Shown piece after piece: positions 49,884 through 63,855 of a stretch of 64,000 nt of DNA. The position numbers were made by a program, and so were the translations under genes. The notes under the pieces are model-generated. The model had not been told where the DNA came from. It ran no database searches and saw nothing but the letters and a program-made list of their open reading frames with translations. Positions within the stretch are counted from its first letter, which is position 1; each line of letters begins with the position of its first letter. Origin of the DNA: Sphyrna mokarran (lineage: Eukaryota); assembly GCA_024679065.1 (NCBI GenBank), contig JAGIQG010000024.1, positions 40,362,001 to 40,426,000 on the forward strand, written 5' to 3'.

Positions 49884-50205
49884 CATCATAGAACCCTACA
49901 GTGCAGAAAGAGGCCCTTCGGCCCATCGAGTCTGCACTGAACACAATCCTTACCCCCATATTCCTACATATTATACCCACTAATCCCTCTGACCTATGTA
50001 TCCCTGGACACTAAGTGGCAATTTCTTAGCATGGCCAGTCAACTTAACCCACACATCTTTGGACTGTAGGAGGAAACTGGAGTTTCTGGAGGAAACCCAC
50101 GTAGACACAAGAAGAATGTGCAAACTCCACACAGACCCAGGAATCAAACCCAGGACCCTGGAGCTGTGAAGCAGCAGTGCTAACCACTGTGCTATCGCAC
50201 CACCC
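49884..50205 (-). mobile_element. HE1/V-SINE-like SINE
   Basis: Reverse-complement head (gcagcagtgctaaccactgtg), V core and catagaaccctacagtgcagaa tail. Confidence 0.85.
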
Positions 50206-51489
50206 GCAAAATTCCAGATTTTTATTGGATCCAAATTTCACCATCCTCTGTGTTGGGATTTGAACTCAAGTCCTCACAGAATTATCCTTGGTATTATTCT
50301 AGTGACAATACTACTACACCACTGCCCTACCCTAGTTGGAATTTCCTCAGGTTCTTTTCACACATTGGGCTACCTGCAAGTGGAGGCAGTGCTCACGACA
50401 GGTCTGCTCTTGTACTGGGTGGACAACCCCCCCCCAACACAATTGAATGCTGGAACGTCAGGTATGACGTTAAATTCAATATCGTTGTTCAGGAAACAGG
50501 ATGTGAGACTGAGTGTGTAATGTATGTACACGTTGCGTCCACTTTAAACTGTGACCCTGAGAGACCTTGTAAATTTCCACTGAACAAATAGTTTAGTTAC
50601 GACTGCAACCACAGAATGGAGCCTGTTAGAAACTGTTCCACCTGATGTTTGATCAAAAATGCTAGGCAGGTGTTGCCATGGTGAATAATCGCAAAGCTCT
50701 ATTTGACCCATATTCTTATATTTCCTACGTTATTGAAACTGTTCTGCAGTTAAAACTAATGAAGGCAGACAAAGGCAACAAACAACAATCTACATCATTA
50801 GTTGGATTGTTCAAATGGACATGTCTTGGTATTAACGTAAATGTCAATGTTATTTATCAATCATTTCTGGGCTTCCAATCTGGTTCTCTCGAGTTTTGAG
50901 TATTCGACTATTTACAGATGACACAAAGCTTAGAATCGTACTTGTGAAAATAGTGGCAGGTTTCAGGAGGGCATTAGGCACATTGGTGAAATGGATCATT
51001 CCAGAATAAATTATGTATTACATTTTGGAACATAAAATGAAGAAAGGAGAAATAAATTAACTGGTAAAAATTCAGAAGTGGGTTTGGGAACAGAAAGAGG
51101 GTGGTTTAGAACATTGAACATAGAAAAGTACAGCACACTACAGGCTCTTTGGGCTGTTGTGCCCAGCTATGTCCGAATTCAAGACCGAGCTTTCCCATTC
51201 CCTATCATTCTGGTGTGCTCCAGGTGCCTATCCAATAACTGCTTGAAAGTTCCTAAACAGTCTGACTCCACTATTACAGTAGGCAGAGCATTCCACACCC
51301 CAACCACTCTGAGTAAAGAGCCTATCTCAGGTACCTCTCCTATATCTTCCATGTAGCTATATCTGAATTTTATGTGACTCTTCACATCATTTCAGAATAA
51401 ACCTATACAACTACCATGAACCAGTGTCTCATCTCACAGATAATGTCAATGTAGTTTGCGACAGCTGCTTTTCTATTCTTCCTCTCTTA

Positions 51490-54342
51490 GAAAAATTACA
51501 ATGCAAAAAGAGCTCTTCAGCTCATCATGTCTCTGCTGGCAAAAAAAAGGAATTAGCTGCTCATTTTAACCCCATTTCCCGTGCCTTGGCCATAGCGTGA
51601 CAAATTCCAGCACTTCAGATGTAGACCCAGGTAGCCTTCAAATTAGTTGAGCATTTCAGCCTCAACCACCAACCACTAGTACTTCCACCTTCAAGGCTGT
51701 TGACGTGCATTTCAAGATCTTTCACTTCTTCAATTCCTCTCAATATCTTCCCATTTATCCTGCTTATCCCTTTGTTTGCCTTCCCAAATGCATTATCACA
51801 GACTTTTCCAGTTTGAATTCCATTTGCCACTTCTCTATCCACTCGACCTAGCCAGTGATACCATTCTGGAATTGACAGTAATCCTCTTCGCTATCAACCA
51901 TATGGCCCATTTTTGTATCATCTGCAAATTTCCCAATCAAGTATTCCACATTTAAGTCTAAATCACTAATATGTATTACAAACAGCAAGGTCCCCCACAC
52001 TGAGCTCTGTAGAACACCACTTGAAAGTGTCTGCCATTAGCAAAAATGTCCATCAACAATTACCCTCGGTTTCTGTCATGGAGCCAATTTTGGATCCAAT
52101 CGGCCACCTTCTCCTTTATTCCATGAGATTTCACCTGACCAATCTGCCAAGTTGAACTTTGTCAAATACTTTACTGAAATCCATATAGACAACATCCACT
52201 GTCCTATCCTCATCAATCCTCCTACTTACTTCCTCAAAAAATCCTATTGAGTTAATATGACATTATCTTCCTTTAATAAAAACTATGCTGACTATAGTAA
52301 TCAATATGGATCAATTGATAGATTAATTTTGAACAAATCAGTCCAAAGGTGAATGAGTTAGGTTGATTGGCCGTGCTAAAATTGCCCCTTAGTAACCTAA
52401 GATGTGTAGGTTAGAAGGATTAGCAGGGAAATATGTAGGGATATGGGGGTAGGGAATTGGTGGGATTGTGTCGGTACAGACTTGATGGGTCAAATGGTCT
52501 CTTTCTGCACTATAGGATTTCTATGAATCTGTGCCTAAGTGATGTTTTATCCTGTCTTTCAGATTTGTTTCCAATATTTTGCCCACCACCAAAGTCAGAC
52601 TGACCATCACAGCATTTTCTAAATAATGTCATACTTGTAGACCTCCAAACTTCTGGGCCCTCGCCTGTATTTGGTGAGGATTGGAAAATGTTCCTCAGAG
52701 CATCCGTTATTTCTTCCCTGGTTTCCATTCACAGTCTGGGACACAATTATAGAATCCTACAGTGTAGAGAGGGGCCATTTAGCCCATCGAGTCCGTACCT
52801 ACCACAATTTCAAACAGGCCTATCCCCATAATCCCATGCATTTATCCTACCAATCCCCCGATACTAAGGGTCATTTTGCTTGGCCAATCCACTTAGACTG
52901 CGGGAAGAAAACCGGAGCACCATGAGGAAACCCATACAGACACAGGGAGAATGTGCAACTGCCACACAGACAGTGACCCAAAAGAACAGGAATTGAACTC
53001 AGGTCCCTGGCACTATGAGGCTGCAGTGATAACCATTATGTCACCCTCAATCCATCTGACTCTGGTGATTTACCTAGCTTCAAGGATGCCAGTCCCTTCA
53101 GTAATTCCTCTCTCACTATACTTATTGTATCTAATACTTTATACTCCTCCTCTTTAATTAGAATGCTTGCATCATCCTCCCCCCCTCCCTTAGTGAAGAC
53201 AGAGGCATTGAAACTTTCCCAAATTTTCTGAGTGAATCCATAAGTTACCAGGTTCATTTCTGATCACATCTATTTTTCTTGGTTATTGCTTTGCTCTTAA
53301 CATGCTGGTAAAACATCTTTGAGTTTCCTTTGAATTTATCTGCCAGTATTTTTTCATATTCTCTCCTTGCTTTTCTAATTTCCATTTTTACCTCACCATT
53401 GTACTTTCTAAAGTCTATAGTATTAAGCTTTTTGTGATTGTTATAAGCTTTCTTCTCCTGCTTCTTCTTACCCAGAATTCTTCTGGATAACCATCACCCT
53501 TTATCTTTGTGGGGAACATGTCAACATTGTGCCTGTAGAATTTCTCCTTTGAAAGCCTCCCACTTCTTTGACAGCTTATCCCAAATAGATTATCATCATT
53601 ATTTGTTTGCATCCCAATTGATATTCAGGTAGCTGAATACCCCCAAAGATTACTTCTTTTGCATTTAGAAATCTCTCTACGTAGTTGTTCTTCTAACTCC
53701 CTTCCAATATTTTGGGGTCGACAGTACATTTCCAGTAGTGTAGCTGCCCCTTTTTATTTCTGAGCTCAACCCAAATGGCTTCATTTGATGCTTCATTTAA
53801 TGTATAATCCTTCCTCGTAGTTGTAATTGATTCTTTCATCAATAATGCGACATCACATCTTTTACACACTCCCCTACCCAACGACTACTAACAGCTGTAG
53901 CAAATCTTCCCACAAGGATTTTCATCCCAGTCCTGTTCAGATGTAGACCGTCTACTTTCCCTAGAGCCAATCCCAATGTCTGAGAAATCTGATGCCGTTT
54001 CTCCTTCACCAGCTTTCCAGCCTCCTGTCTAATCGTTAAATTCTTCTATTTCTATGTTTGTTTTTGTAAGGGATTGGAAGTCATTTGAAAATTATTGTTT
54101 TAGAGATCCTGTTTTTCAATCTCCTTCCTAGCTCCCTGAAGTTGTTTTCAGGAACTCATCCTCTTTCTTACCTAAATCGTGGACCATGATCTCAGGCTGA
54201 TTACCCTCCCCAGACAAATGTCCTGCAGCTGATCCAATACATTCTTGATTCTGGTACCAAGGAGGCAAAGTACCATCCTGTAGTCATGTCTATGACCACA
54301 GGAACACATCTCTATTCCTATAATTAATGAATTCCTATCAGT
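51490..54342 (-). mobile_element. Old near full-length CR1 (ORF1 esterase-like part, EN, RT, 3' end) with two nested SINEs (52329-52527 +, 52748-53047 -)
   Basis: Reverse-complement FADDTK, YMDFSK, FNASVFTK, EAIWVELRNKKG, and ORF1-like RMVLCLLGTR near 54250-54290. Confidence 0.8.
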
Positions 54343-54344
54343 AA

Positions 54345-55374
54345 GGAGGGGTGTGGGGTATATCAGAGTGTTACAGTGAGGGGTGTGGGGTATATCAGAG
54401 TGTTACAGTGAGGGGTGTGGGGTATATCAGAGTGTTACAGTGAGGGGTGTGGGATATATCAGAGTGTTACAGTGAGGGGTGTGGGGTATATCAGAGTGTT
54501 ACAGTGAGGGGTGTGGGATATATCAGAGTGTTACAGTGAGGGGTGTGGGGTATATCAGAGTGTTACAGTGAGGGGTGTGGGGTATATCAGAGTGTTACAG
54601 TGAGGGGTGTGGGGTATATCAGAGTGTTACAGTGAGGGGTGTGGGATATATCAGAGTGTTACAGTGAGGGGTGTGGGGTATATCAGAGTGTTACAGTGAG
54701 GGGTGTGGGATATATCAGAGTGTTACAGTGAGGGGTGTGGGGTATATCAGAGTGTTACAGTGAGGGGTGTGGGATATATCAGAGTGTTACAGTGAGGGGT
54801 GTGGGGTATATCAGAGTGTTACAGTGAGGGGTGTGGGGTATATCAGAGTGTTACAGTGAGGGGTGGGTATATCAGAGTGTTACAGTGAGGGTGTGGGGTA
54901 TATCAGAGTGTTACAGTGAGGTGTGGGAATAGTGTTCAGTGAGGGTGTGGGATATATCAGAGTGTTACAGTGAGGGGTGTGGGTATATCAGAGTGTTACG
55001 TGAGGGGTGTGGGATATATCAGAGTGTTACAGTGAGGGGTGTGGATAATCAGAGTGTTACAGTGAGGGGTGTGGGGTATATCAGAGTGTTACAGTGAGGG
55101 GTGTGGGGTATATCAGAGTGTTACAGTGAGGGGTGTGGGGTATCAGAGTGTTACAGTGAGGGGTGTGGGATATATCAGAGTGTTACAGTGAGGGGTGTGG
55201 GATATATCAGAGTGTTACAGTGAGGGGTGTGGGATATATCAGAGTGTTACAGTGAGGGGTGTGGGATATATCAGAGTGTTACAGTGAGGGGTGTGGGGTA
55301 TATCAGAGTGTTACAGTGAGGGGTGTGGGATATATCAGAGTGTTACAGTGAGGGGGTGTGGGGTATATCAGAGT
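54345..55374. repeat. 32-bp G-rich minisatellite (~32 units)
   Basis: Unit GAGGGGTGTGGG(G/A)TATATCAGAGTGTTACAGT, with a few units carrying deletions near 54860-55050. Confidence 0.97.
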
Positions 55375-56218
55375 AGGATGGATGTTACAGTTTGCAGAGA
55401 GACATAGATAGGTTGCAGAGCTGGGCCGTGAGGTGGCAAATAGAATTCAATACAGATAAGTGTGAGGTGATTCACTTTGGTAGGAATAACAGGCATATGA
55501 AATATAGGGCTAATGGAAGGACCCTTAATAGTGTTGTCGAGCAGAGGGATCTTGGGGTACAAGTACATAGCTCTTTGAAAGTTGGCACCCAGGTTGATAA
55601 AGTTGTTAAGAAGGCGTACGGTGTGTTAGCTTTTATTGGTAGAGGGATTGAATTTAGGAGCCGTGAGGTTATGTTACAACTGTACAAAACTCTGGTGCGG
55701 CCGCACTTGGAGTATTGCGTACAGTTCTGGTCGCCGCATTATAAGAAAGATGTGGAAGCATTGGAAAGGGTGCAGAGGAAGTTTACCAGGATGTTGCCTG
55801 GTATGGTGGGAAGGCCTTATGAGGAAAGGCTGAGGGACCTGAGGTTATTTTCATTAGAGAGAAGAAGGTTACGCGGTGACCTAATTGAGGCGTATAAGAT
55901 GATCAAGGGATTGGATAGGGTGGATAGTGAGAGCCTTTTTCCTCGGATGGTGATGACCAACACGAGGGGACATAACTTTAAATTAAGAGGTGGTAGTTAT
56001 AGGACGGATGTCAGAGGCAGGTTCTTTACACAGAGGGTGGTGAGGGCGTGGAATGCCCTGCCTGCAGCAGTTGTGGACTCGCCTACTTTGGGGGCATTCA
56101 AATGTTCGGTGGATAGGCATATGGATGATATTGGAATAGTTTAGGTTAGAGGGTCCACTGGCCGGCGCAACATCGAGGGCCGAAGGGCCTGTACTGCGCT
56201 GTAATGTTCTATGTTCTA
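55375..56218 (+). mobile_element. Young CR1 3' end with uninterrupted 250-aa ORF2 C-terminus
   Basis: ORF 55392-56144 open from LQRDIDRL to the stop; tail gtaatgttctatgttcta. Confidence 0.95.
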
Positions 56219-57012
56219 AATGTGTGGTGGTCCATTTTGGTAGGACTAATGGGACGAAGGACTATAATATCAAGGGTAGGAGTCTTGGAAGCGTTGAGGA
56301 ACAGAAAGATCTTGGGGTCCGGGTTCATAGGACTCTTAAATCTGCCCTGCAAGTGGAGGATGTGGTCTTTGTTGTTTGTTCTAAGAAGGCATATGGTGTA
56401 TTGGCCTTCATTAATAGAGGGATTGAGTTTAGGAGTCAGGAGGTAATGCTGCAACTTTATAAGACCCTTGTCAGACCCCACTTGGAGTACTGTGTGCAGT
56501 TCTGGTCGCCTCACTATAGGAAGGATGTGGAAGCTGTTGAGAGTGTGCAGAGGAGATTTACAAGGATGTTGCCTGGATTGGGGAGCATGCCTTATGAAGA
56601 TAGGTTGAGAGAGTTAGGTCTCTTCTCCCTGGAGAGACGAAGGTTGAGAGGTGACCTGATAGAGGTTTATAAGATGTTGAGAGGAATAGGTAGAGTGGAT
56701 TCTTGGAGGCTATTTCCCAGGGCTGAAATGGTCGCTACGAGAGGACACAGGTTTAAGGTGCTGGGGGGCAAGTACTGAAGTGATGTTAGAGGTAATTTTT
56801 TCACTCAGACGGTGGTGAGTGAATGGAAGCGGCTGCTGTCAGTGATGGTAGAGGCGAACTCGCTGGGGTCTTTTAAGAGACTTCTGGATGAGTACATGGG
56901 ATTTAATGGGATTGGGAGTTACAGATAGTTCTCTAGCCTGGTAGATACAGATATGATCAGCACAACTTGTGGGTCGAAGGGCCTGTTTGTGCTGTAGTGT
57001 TCTATGTTCTAT
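56219..57012 (+). mobile_element. CR1 3' end (second subfamily), directly downstream of the first
   Basis: ORF 56224-56778 VVHFG...RPHLEYCVQFWSPHY...RGHRFKV; tail gtagtgttctatgttctat. Confidence 0.93.
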
Positions 57013-57174
57013 CTTTGGACTATGGGAGGAAAACAAGAGCACCTGGAGAAAACCCACACAGACACATGGAGAACATGCAAACATCCACATAGATAGTGAC
57101 CCAAGCGAGGAATTCAACCCGGGTTCCTGATGCTGTGAGACAGCAATGCTAACCACAGTGCCAATGTATCACCC
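57011..57174 (-). mobile_element. HE1/V-SINE-like SINE 5' half, truncated at gtccaaagat by CR1
   Basis: Reverse-complement head and V core. Confidence 0.85.
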
Positions 57175-58739
57175 CACTCCTTTAGGTGCTATTGATAGCC
57201 TGACTCTGTGTCCTCCTCTCACATTCTCCTCTGCTGACTGACTCTCCCAGGGACCTCTGCTTACAGTCTTTCAGTCTTGAATCCTTCATTACTTTCAACC
57301 TGTATCTTAGGATTCAATTGCTGATCACTTCTCTTGAAACAGCACTTTTTGTATTACCTTCCCTGTGAGATCTTAAAAACCTTTCTTCATACAATTCAGC
57401 CTCCTTTTAATATTGAAGAGCCTCAATATCTCCAGTTTTAATATTAACTCTAGGCATTAACTCCATGTCCAGGTTTTAAATACTTCTTTTCTGTCTTGAT
57501 AACAAGCTTAAACAAAGCAGCGTGGCAAGAATAATTATGGCTCCAACATTAATTCCTTTGATTTATACTCCATTGATTTACCAATACAATTTACACTCCA
57601 TTCACTTTCTAAGTTGCTACACTTTAAAGTGAGTTGGAAGGTTAAGTTTCCAATTTATCACATTAGATAGCTTTCAAATACTTCAACTTAAAAAGTCAAC
57701 CATTTTTTTCAATTAGTGTGCAGTATTTTACATGTGCTTTTACAAAATTTTGTTTATTTGGCTCCTTTATAGATCTCCATTTGTAAAACATTAGCTACTT
57801 TCTTCAACTCTGAAACAGAGTACTCAGTTTTAACAATATATGTGAACTTAACATTCTGTATTGATAACTTGAATTCAGTGTAGATTAGACGTTATAGAGA
57901 TCCCAGCAGTGAAGAATGACCATCAAATATTACTGTGTAAACAGGTCCTGCTACTTCCTTTCATTAAATTCTTAGTTCTGTTCACTTTTCAGTGCTTTCA
58001 GTTTCCATTGTAGATTTGAGAAACTTAATAGATTTCTAGAAATTTGTCATTTCGTATGGGTTATAACAGTCCATTTAAGGCTTTACATTGCAAATGTCAA
58101 TTTGCTTAGTCAAGCAGGAGTTCCCATCTGAACTAGTGTTGACTTATGTTCATTCAATTATCTTGAAACACATAACCTACGTTAGACCCCAGAAGGTCCA
58201 TGGGGAATCACTGATTGATTTCCCCATGGGGCTTGTTGAATAGGGGTTTCTATGATAACAAACAGTGGCCTTTCCAGGTGGAACTCATTATCTGAGCCTT
58301 TTATAAGGCAGGCCTAGGACGGGGCCTGTTGAAATGTAGTTCCAGTCATGGAATAGTATGTGACTACCACAGTAGTAGTTTTATTTTGCATTCTGTAGTA
58401 AACTATGTTCGTTTTCAGTCGGACCTCATGATTCGTTACATAACCTCAAGTTTGATGCTGATTATACCAGTGAAAGAGTTAGACCTGTCCCTCCCACCTA
58501 TAAATACGAATACAATAAGTGGGATTTTCTCACCTCTCAGTGGGGTGTTTTTCAGTAGTTGGAGGTGGTCTGCCATTGGCCGACGGCAGAATCTTCTGGT
58601 CCCGTTGCATTGGGATTTCCCATTCATTCTGCCCATGCTACCAGGAAACCTGTGGCAGAGGTGATCCGTCAGTGGAACCAGAAGATATCACCAGTGTGAA
58701 GAACCAGAAGATCTTGCTCAAAGGTTTCTAATTTTGGAA

Positions 58740-60870
58740 TTCCATGTATTTATCCAATTCCATTTGAAAAGTTTCTAATGAAGCTGCTTCCACCCTTTCA
58801 GGCAGCGCATTGCAATTCATAAAAACTCACCACGTGGTTTTCTTTTCCCTCATGTCTTCATCTGGTTCTATTGTTATCTGCCTTAAATCTGTCTCCTCGG
58901 CCGCTTGGAACAGTTTCTTCTTTTTTCATTCAATTAAAATCCTCTTGAGCATTCCTATCAAACCTTGTCTTCACTTTCTCTGTTCTAAAGGAAACATCCC
59001 CAGTTTTTCCATTCCTCCATGTATTTCATCCTTGGTACAATTCTGGTTAATCTCCTTTGCACCCTCTCTAAAGCCATTCTCCTAATATGTGGTGTTTAGA
59101 ACTGGCTATAATTCTCTAGCAGGGTCTAACCAATTTATTACAAATGTGTAGCATAACTTCCTTGCTTTTGTGGTTGATGCCTCTTCTTACAAAGCAAAAG
59201 ATCCTGGCTGCTTTATTAACAGTCTGATTGAATCATTCAGCACAGAAGGAGGCCATTTGGCATATGCTAGCTCTTAGGTAGAGCTACCCAATGAATTCCA
59301 TGCCCTTGTTCTAGTTAGGAACACATGGTCGGTGCATTCTTGGAGGGCTGAAGGATTTGTTCCTGTGCTGTATTGTTCTTTCCCTGTGGCCCTGTCATCA
59401 TTTCCCTCCCATGTACTTCTCCAATTCTCTTTAGAATATTAATATTGAGACTGGTTTCATCAGCAGATTTGGTCTGATCTCATTGGAGTTTAGTAGAACG
59501 AGAGGTGATCTTATTGAAACAAAGAAGATTCTGACGGGAAGGGCATGGTAGAAATTGAAAGGATGTTTCCTATCATATTGAAATCTAGAACTGTGGGGGG
59601 TGGGCGGGTGGGTGTACATTTTCAGAAAAAGGGAGATTCCCATTTAAGATGAAGATGAGGGGAAATTTCTTGTCTCAAAGGATTATTTATCTTCGGAATT
59701 CTCTATGTCTGACAGCAGTGGAGCATTGAATGTACATAAGGCAAGTTTTGATCTACAGGAGGATCAGGAATTCATATGAATCAGGTGCAAATCTGCTGGT
59801 CAGCCCATATTAACCCATGCATCCTTCTCCAAATAATAAATAATTCTGTCCTCCAAAATGGTCACTAGTATTTTCCCATCACTGATGTTAGACTGACTGG
59901 ATACCAGATTTACCCCTGATTCCTTTTTGAACTAAAGAGTGACATTTGTAATCCTCCAATCCTCTGGCATCAATGGAAAAATTAAATACTGCAGTGGGCA
60001 CTTCTCTATCTTCATTCTCAGCATCCTTTAACAACTGAAGATACCTTTCATCTGGACTCTACCATCCTCCGCACCCCCCCCCCCCCCCACAACATATTGC
60101 ATTTCTCCAAGCACCATGCGCTAACATGCCCTAATCTGTTTCCAGGACTCATACCCAACAGTCATCAGATGCAGCATTCTACCCCTGGCTTTCCTACTTT
60201 GCAGCCTGTCAACCTCGCCAGTAGAAAACAAAATGAAAGTACCACCCATTTCATTTTTAAATCATGTATCTGTTTCTATCACACTCTCATGTAGCAAGAT
60301 CCTGGTCATTACCACTCACTGGTGTTTTGCACAATTCCAGCGTAACCTCCCAACTCATATAAGTTTGATTGTGGCTTCTCGACCACCACATCTACCTTTC
60401 CAGCCACTTTCAGGGGTCTGTGGACATGCATTCCAAGGTCCCTTTGTTCCAACATTCTTCTCAGTATCCATCCATTTATTGTATTCCCTGGCCTTATTAT
60501 CATTCCTCAAATCCATTATCAAACATGTCTCTGATTGAACCCCTGTTTTTCTGCCAATCTGATCAGTCCATTGATATCTTCCTGCATTCTACGGCTTCCT
60601 TCTTCATTATCATCGTACAGGTCAATTTTGCATCATCCACAAACTTCACAATCTTATCTCCTGCACGCAAATTCAAATGGTTGATATAACCACAAAAAGC
60701 AAAACATCGAGTCCTGAACCCTACAGAACTCCAAACAACTTTCGGTCACAATAACATCACTCTTTGCTTCCTATCTTGGAGCCAATAATGAGACTTTGTT
60801 TTGGTTCTCATGGGCTTTTACTTTTATATTCAATCTAGCATGGACTACATCAAATGCATTATCCTCAAAT
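58740..60870 (-). mobile_element. Cluster of old CR1 fragments (mostly minus strand; a plus-strand piece near 59475-59770)
   Basis: Reverse-complement FVDDAK and EQRDLGMHVH; plus-strand RTRGDLIET. Confidence 0.65.
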
Positions 60871-62746
60871 ACTATCACTGTGCTAAATGGAGTAGACTTC
60901 CAACAAATCAAACAATTCAAGACTGTGTGGAAATGAGGTGATGTGTTCCATGAACAGCAGCAGAACTGTACTCAACCACAATTTATAAGCTCAAGGCTCA
61001 GCATATCTCCCACTCCACTGCTGTCAAGACCTTCAGTACAGCCCCTTCAGTCATTTCTTGATTTTAGGTGGAGTGAACTGAATTGGCTGAAGACTGACAT
61101 CTATGACACTGGCAACCAGGAGGAAGCTTTCACTATTCACATACTGCAATTATTTTGATTCAAATGGCAGTCTCATTATCGATGTTAACAAGTGCAACTT
61201 GAGACAAATCAATAGCCAACACTATTTTATTTACAGTATCTGAATTAGTTTCCAGAATAGTAACAGCCCATTAAACCTGTCCCATCAGGTCCATATACAT
61301 TACTCTACTGTAATACCTTTCTCCATCTGTTGATTCTCGACTGAGTCTATTTCTGTCCCACCCCTGAAACAGTGCTATCAGCAGTTCTGTAATTCTCAAT
61401 TGCCTTTCTTGGCTGAAAGTCAACTGTAGACACACTGGGATTGAAACTTGGTTGTTGCATCTTTATTTGGATTCGTTACAAACAAAAATTAAGGTCCTGC
61501 CCACAAAGTCATGCAGAGACCACTCAGGTAAACTCTACCAGGAATAATTAATCAATTCTCATAGTTATATTTTTAACTACTAAAATTAGAGATTATTTTC
61601 AAAACACAAAGCTTGATTTGCTTAATCTAAGATGAATTGGGAAATCCCCGAGGAAATGCAGAATAGGTATTTTAAAACTATTTATGTCAAAGAAAGAGCA
61701 AACACCAATTCTTTATTCCCAATTTTTATCTATCGCCCTACATGAATGGTGCACCTTCAGGTTTGGCTTTTGCTTTTATAGTCCGCCCAATTTCAAAATA
61801 GCTGGTAAAAGGGGCATTTGAACTAAATTCAGGTTGGGTTAAGTTAATCATGAAGTTTTCAATGCTATACCAGATTGTACATGACTCTATGGGTTAGCAA
61901 ACCTATCTTACCCATAGATATAACCCGAGAAGTTATGGACATTAGTTTGCCTAGCTCATTGGATGCATCAAGAAAAGAAGGAATTACAATGCCTTTTATA
62001 TTGGATAGATTCCATGTTGAATAGTGAGCTTCTTTTTCCTGGGTGTTTGTGGCGCATGATCTCAAAAAATGCAGCAATTTTACTTTGGTATTGCTATGCA
62101 ATGCAAGACTCATCTATCAGATTAGCAACACCAGCACAAGTCCTCAACTTAATACAGCCGTGGTGATTGTCCCTTTAAGGATCAAGTAACATGATCCAAA
62201 CAAACCAATCAGGGAGTAGGGTGCAGAATCATCTTGGCGAACTCAGGTTTCTGGTCTAGAACCCCCTCAGGAACTGATTGCAGCCATGAGACTGCAAGTC
62301 ACTGAATAGCTTTTACCTGTAAATAAATGTGTTGCTGTTTTTCATCTAACTGGCCAATAAAAATTATTACAACAGCTTACACTTCCATTCAATGTGAATG
62401 TCACTGCTAGATTGTAGTATGAACCCATGCAAATGTTTTATTGGTTAGATTTTGCTTCAGGTTTATATAAATGAGTCATGTTTCTTCTGAATCAATCTAT
62501 ACTTACATTGTTATTTCTTAAACTTTACAACCTTACCCTCCAGGCAGTGAATCATTGCAAGTTTATAAAAACACCATATTCATCTGGCAAAAGCAACACA
62601 TCCCACTTCTCATCCTACATTGAGATAAAAAGTACCAGCAGCAATATGCACCCAGTATTTCTACCTTAAGGAAAATTTGTAGGTTTATTATTTTCCACAT
62701 TGTGATTTCCCAAATCTCTCAAATGCATCTCTAAGATGCGTGATTA

Positions 62747-63061
62747 GCATAGTAGAATAATGGTTATCACTGCAGCTTCACAGCTCCAGGAACCTGGGTT
62801 CAATTCCCAGCTTGGGTCACTGTCTGTATGAAGTTTGCACATTCTCCTCGTGTCTGTGTGGGTTTCCTCCCACAGTCCAAAGATGCGCAGGTTAGGTTGA
62901 TTGGCCATGCTAAAATTGCCCCTTAGTGTCCTGAGATGTGTAGGTCAGAGGGATTATCAGGTAAATATGTAGGGATTTGGGAGTAGGACCTGGGTGGAAT
63001 TGTGGTGTGTGCAGACTTGAAGAGCTAGATGGCATCTTTCTGCACTGAAGGGTTTCTATGA
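62747..63061 (+). mobile_element. HE1/V-SINE-like SINE
   Basis: gggttcaattcccagcttgggtcactgtctg, V core, tail ggtttctatga. Confidence 0.88.
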
Positions 63062-63855
63062 AATCACTTAAGAAAACAACAGGCACTTGTCCCGATCTCA
63101 TCACAGTTGGGCAATGTTTTGGTTGGCGGGTGCACCTGAGCTTTTTGGGGTCTGCAGCACCCTGAGACGCCCATCCTCTTTCTGCCCTCCATAGCAGCGC
63201 TGAGCCATTCCCAGTGCCTGTTTATTTGGCCAGCCAGTGTAAAATTGCAATCTGTAATAGTTCCCAACTGCAAGTATCAGGCAGTGTGGTCATGAGATTG
63301 TAATATGTTTCCAAGTTGGGCAAATTCTGGCCATCGTTGCTCTGCAATTCTTACAATGCAATGTCTAGCAATCCATTGAGTGTCTTTAAGACAGAGATAG
63401 ATTCTTGATTACTAAAGGGAAAAGGCAGGAGAAAGGGGATGAGAATCATATCAGCCATGATTGAATGGTGGAGCAGACTCAATGGGCCAAATGGAATATT
63501 TCTGCTCCTATATCCTCACTCTTCAGTTACTGTCTGTTTCTTTGCCTTTTTTTCCTACTTTCTTTTACTTAAAACCAGTGTCACTAATTTATTTTAAGGA
63601 ATAATGCCAAAAGCCTGAAAATTAGTGAGTAATGTCTCAGACAAAGCAAAATTGAATTCTTGAAAAAAAAAGTATAGAACCATCATTATTGTGAGCAAAA
63701 TACTAGTTATCATCTTATCTTAGATTTTTCTGTCAACTTTATAAATTGTATGTCACAATTACTAATTGCCCCTTTGTCTTCAAAGCTCACCAAAATCAAT
63801 AAAAACACACCCATAACTTAGTTGTTGGGATGAGATAATAGATAATTTTACATTT

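Noticed and set aside
61876-62373. Possible solo LTR (TG...AATAAA...ACAACA with CCAAT box)
   Set aside because: No TSD, PBS or partner LTR visible.
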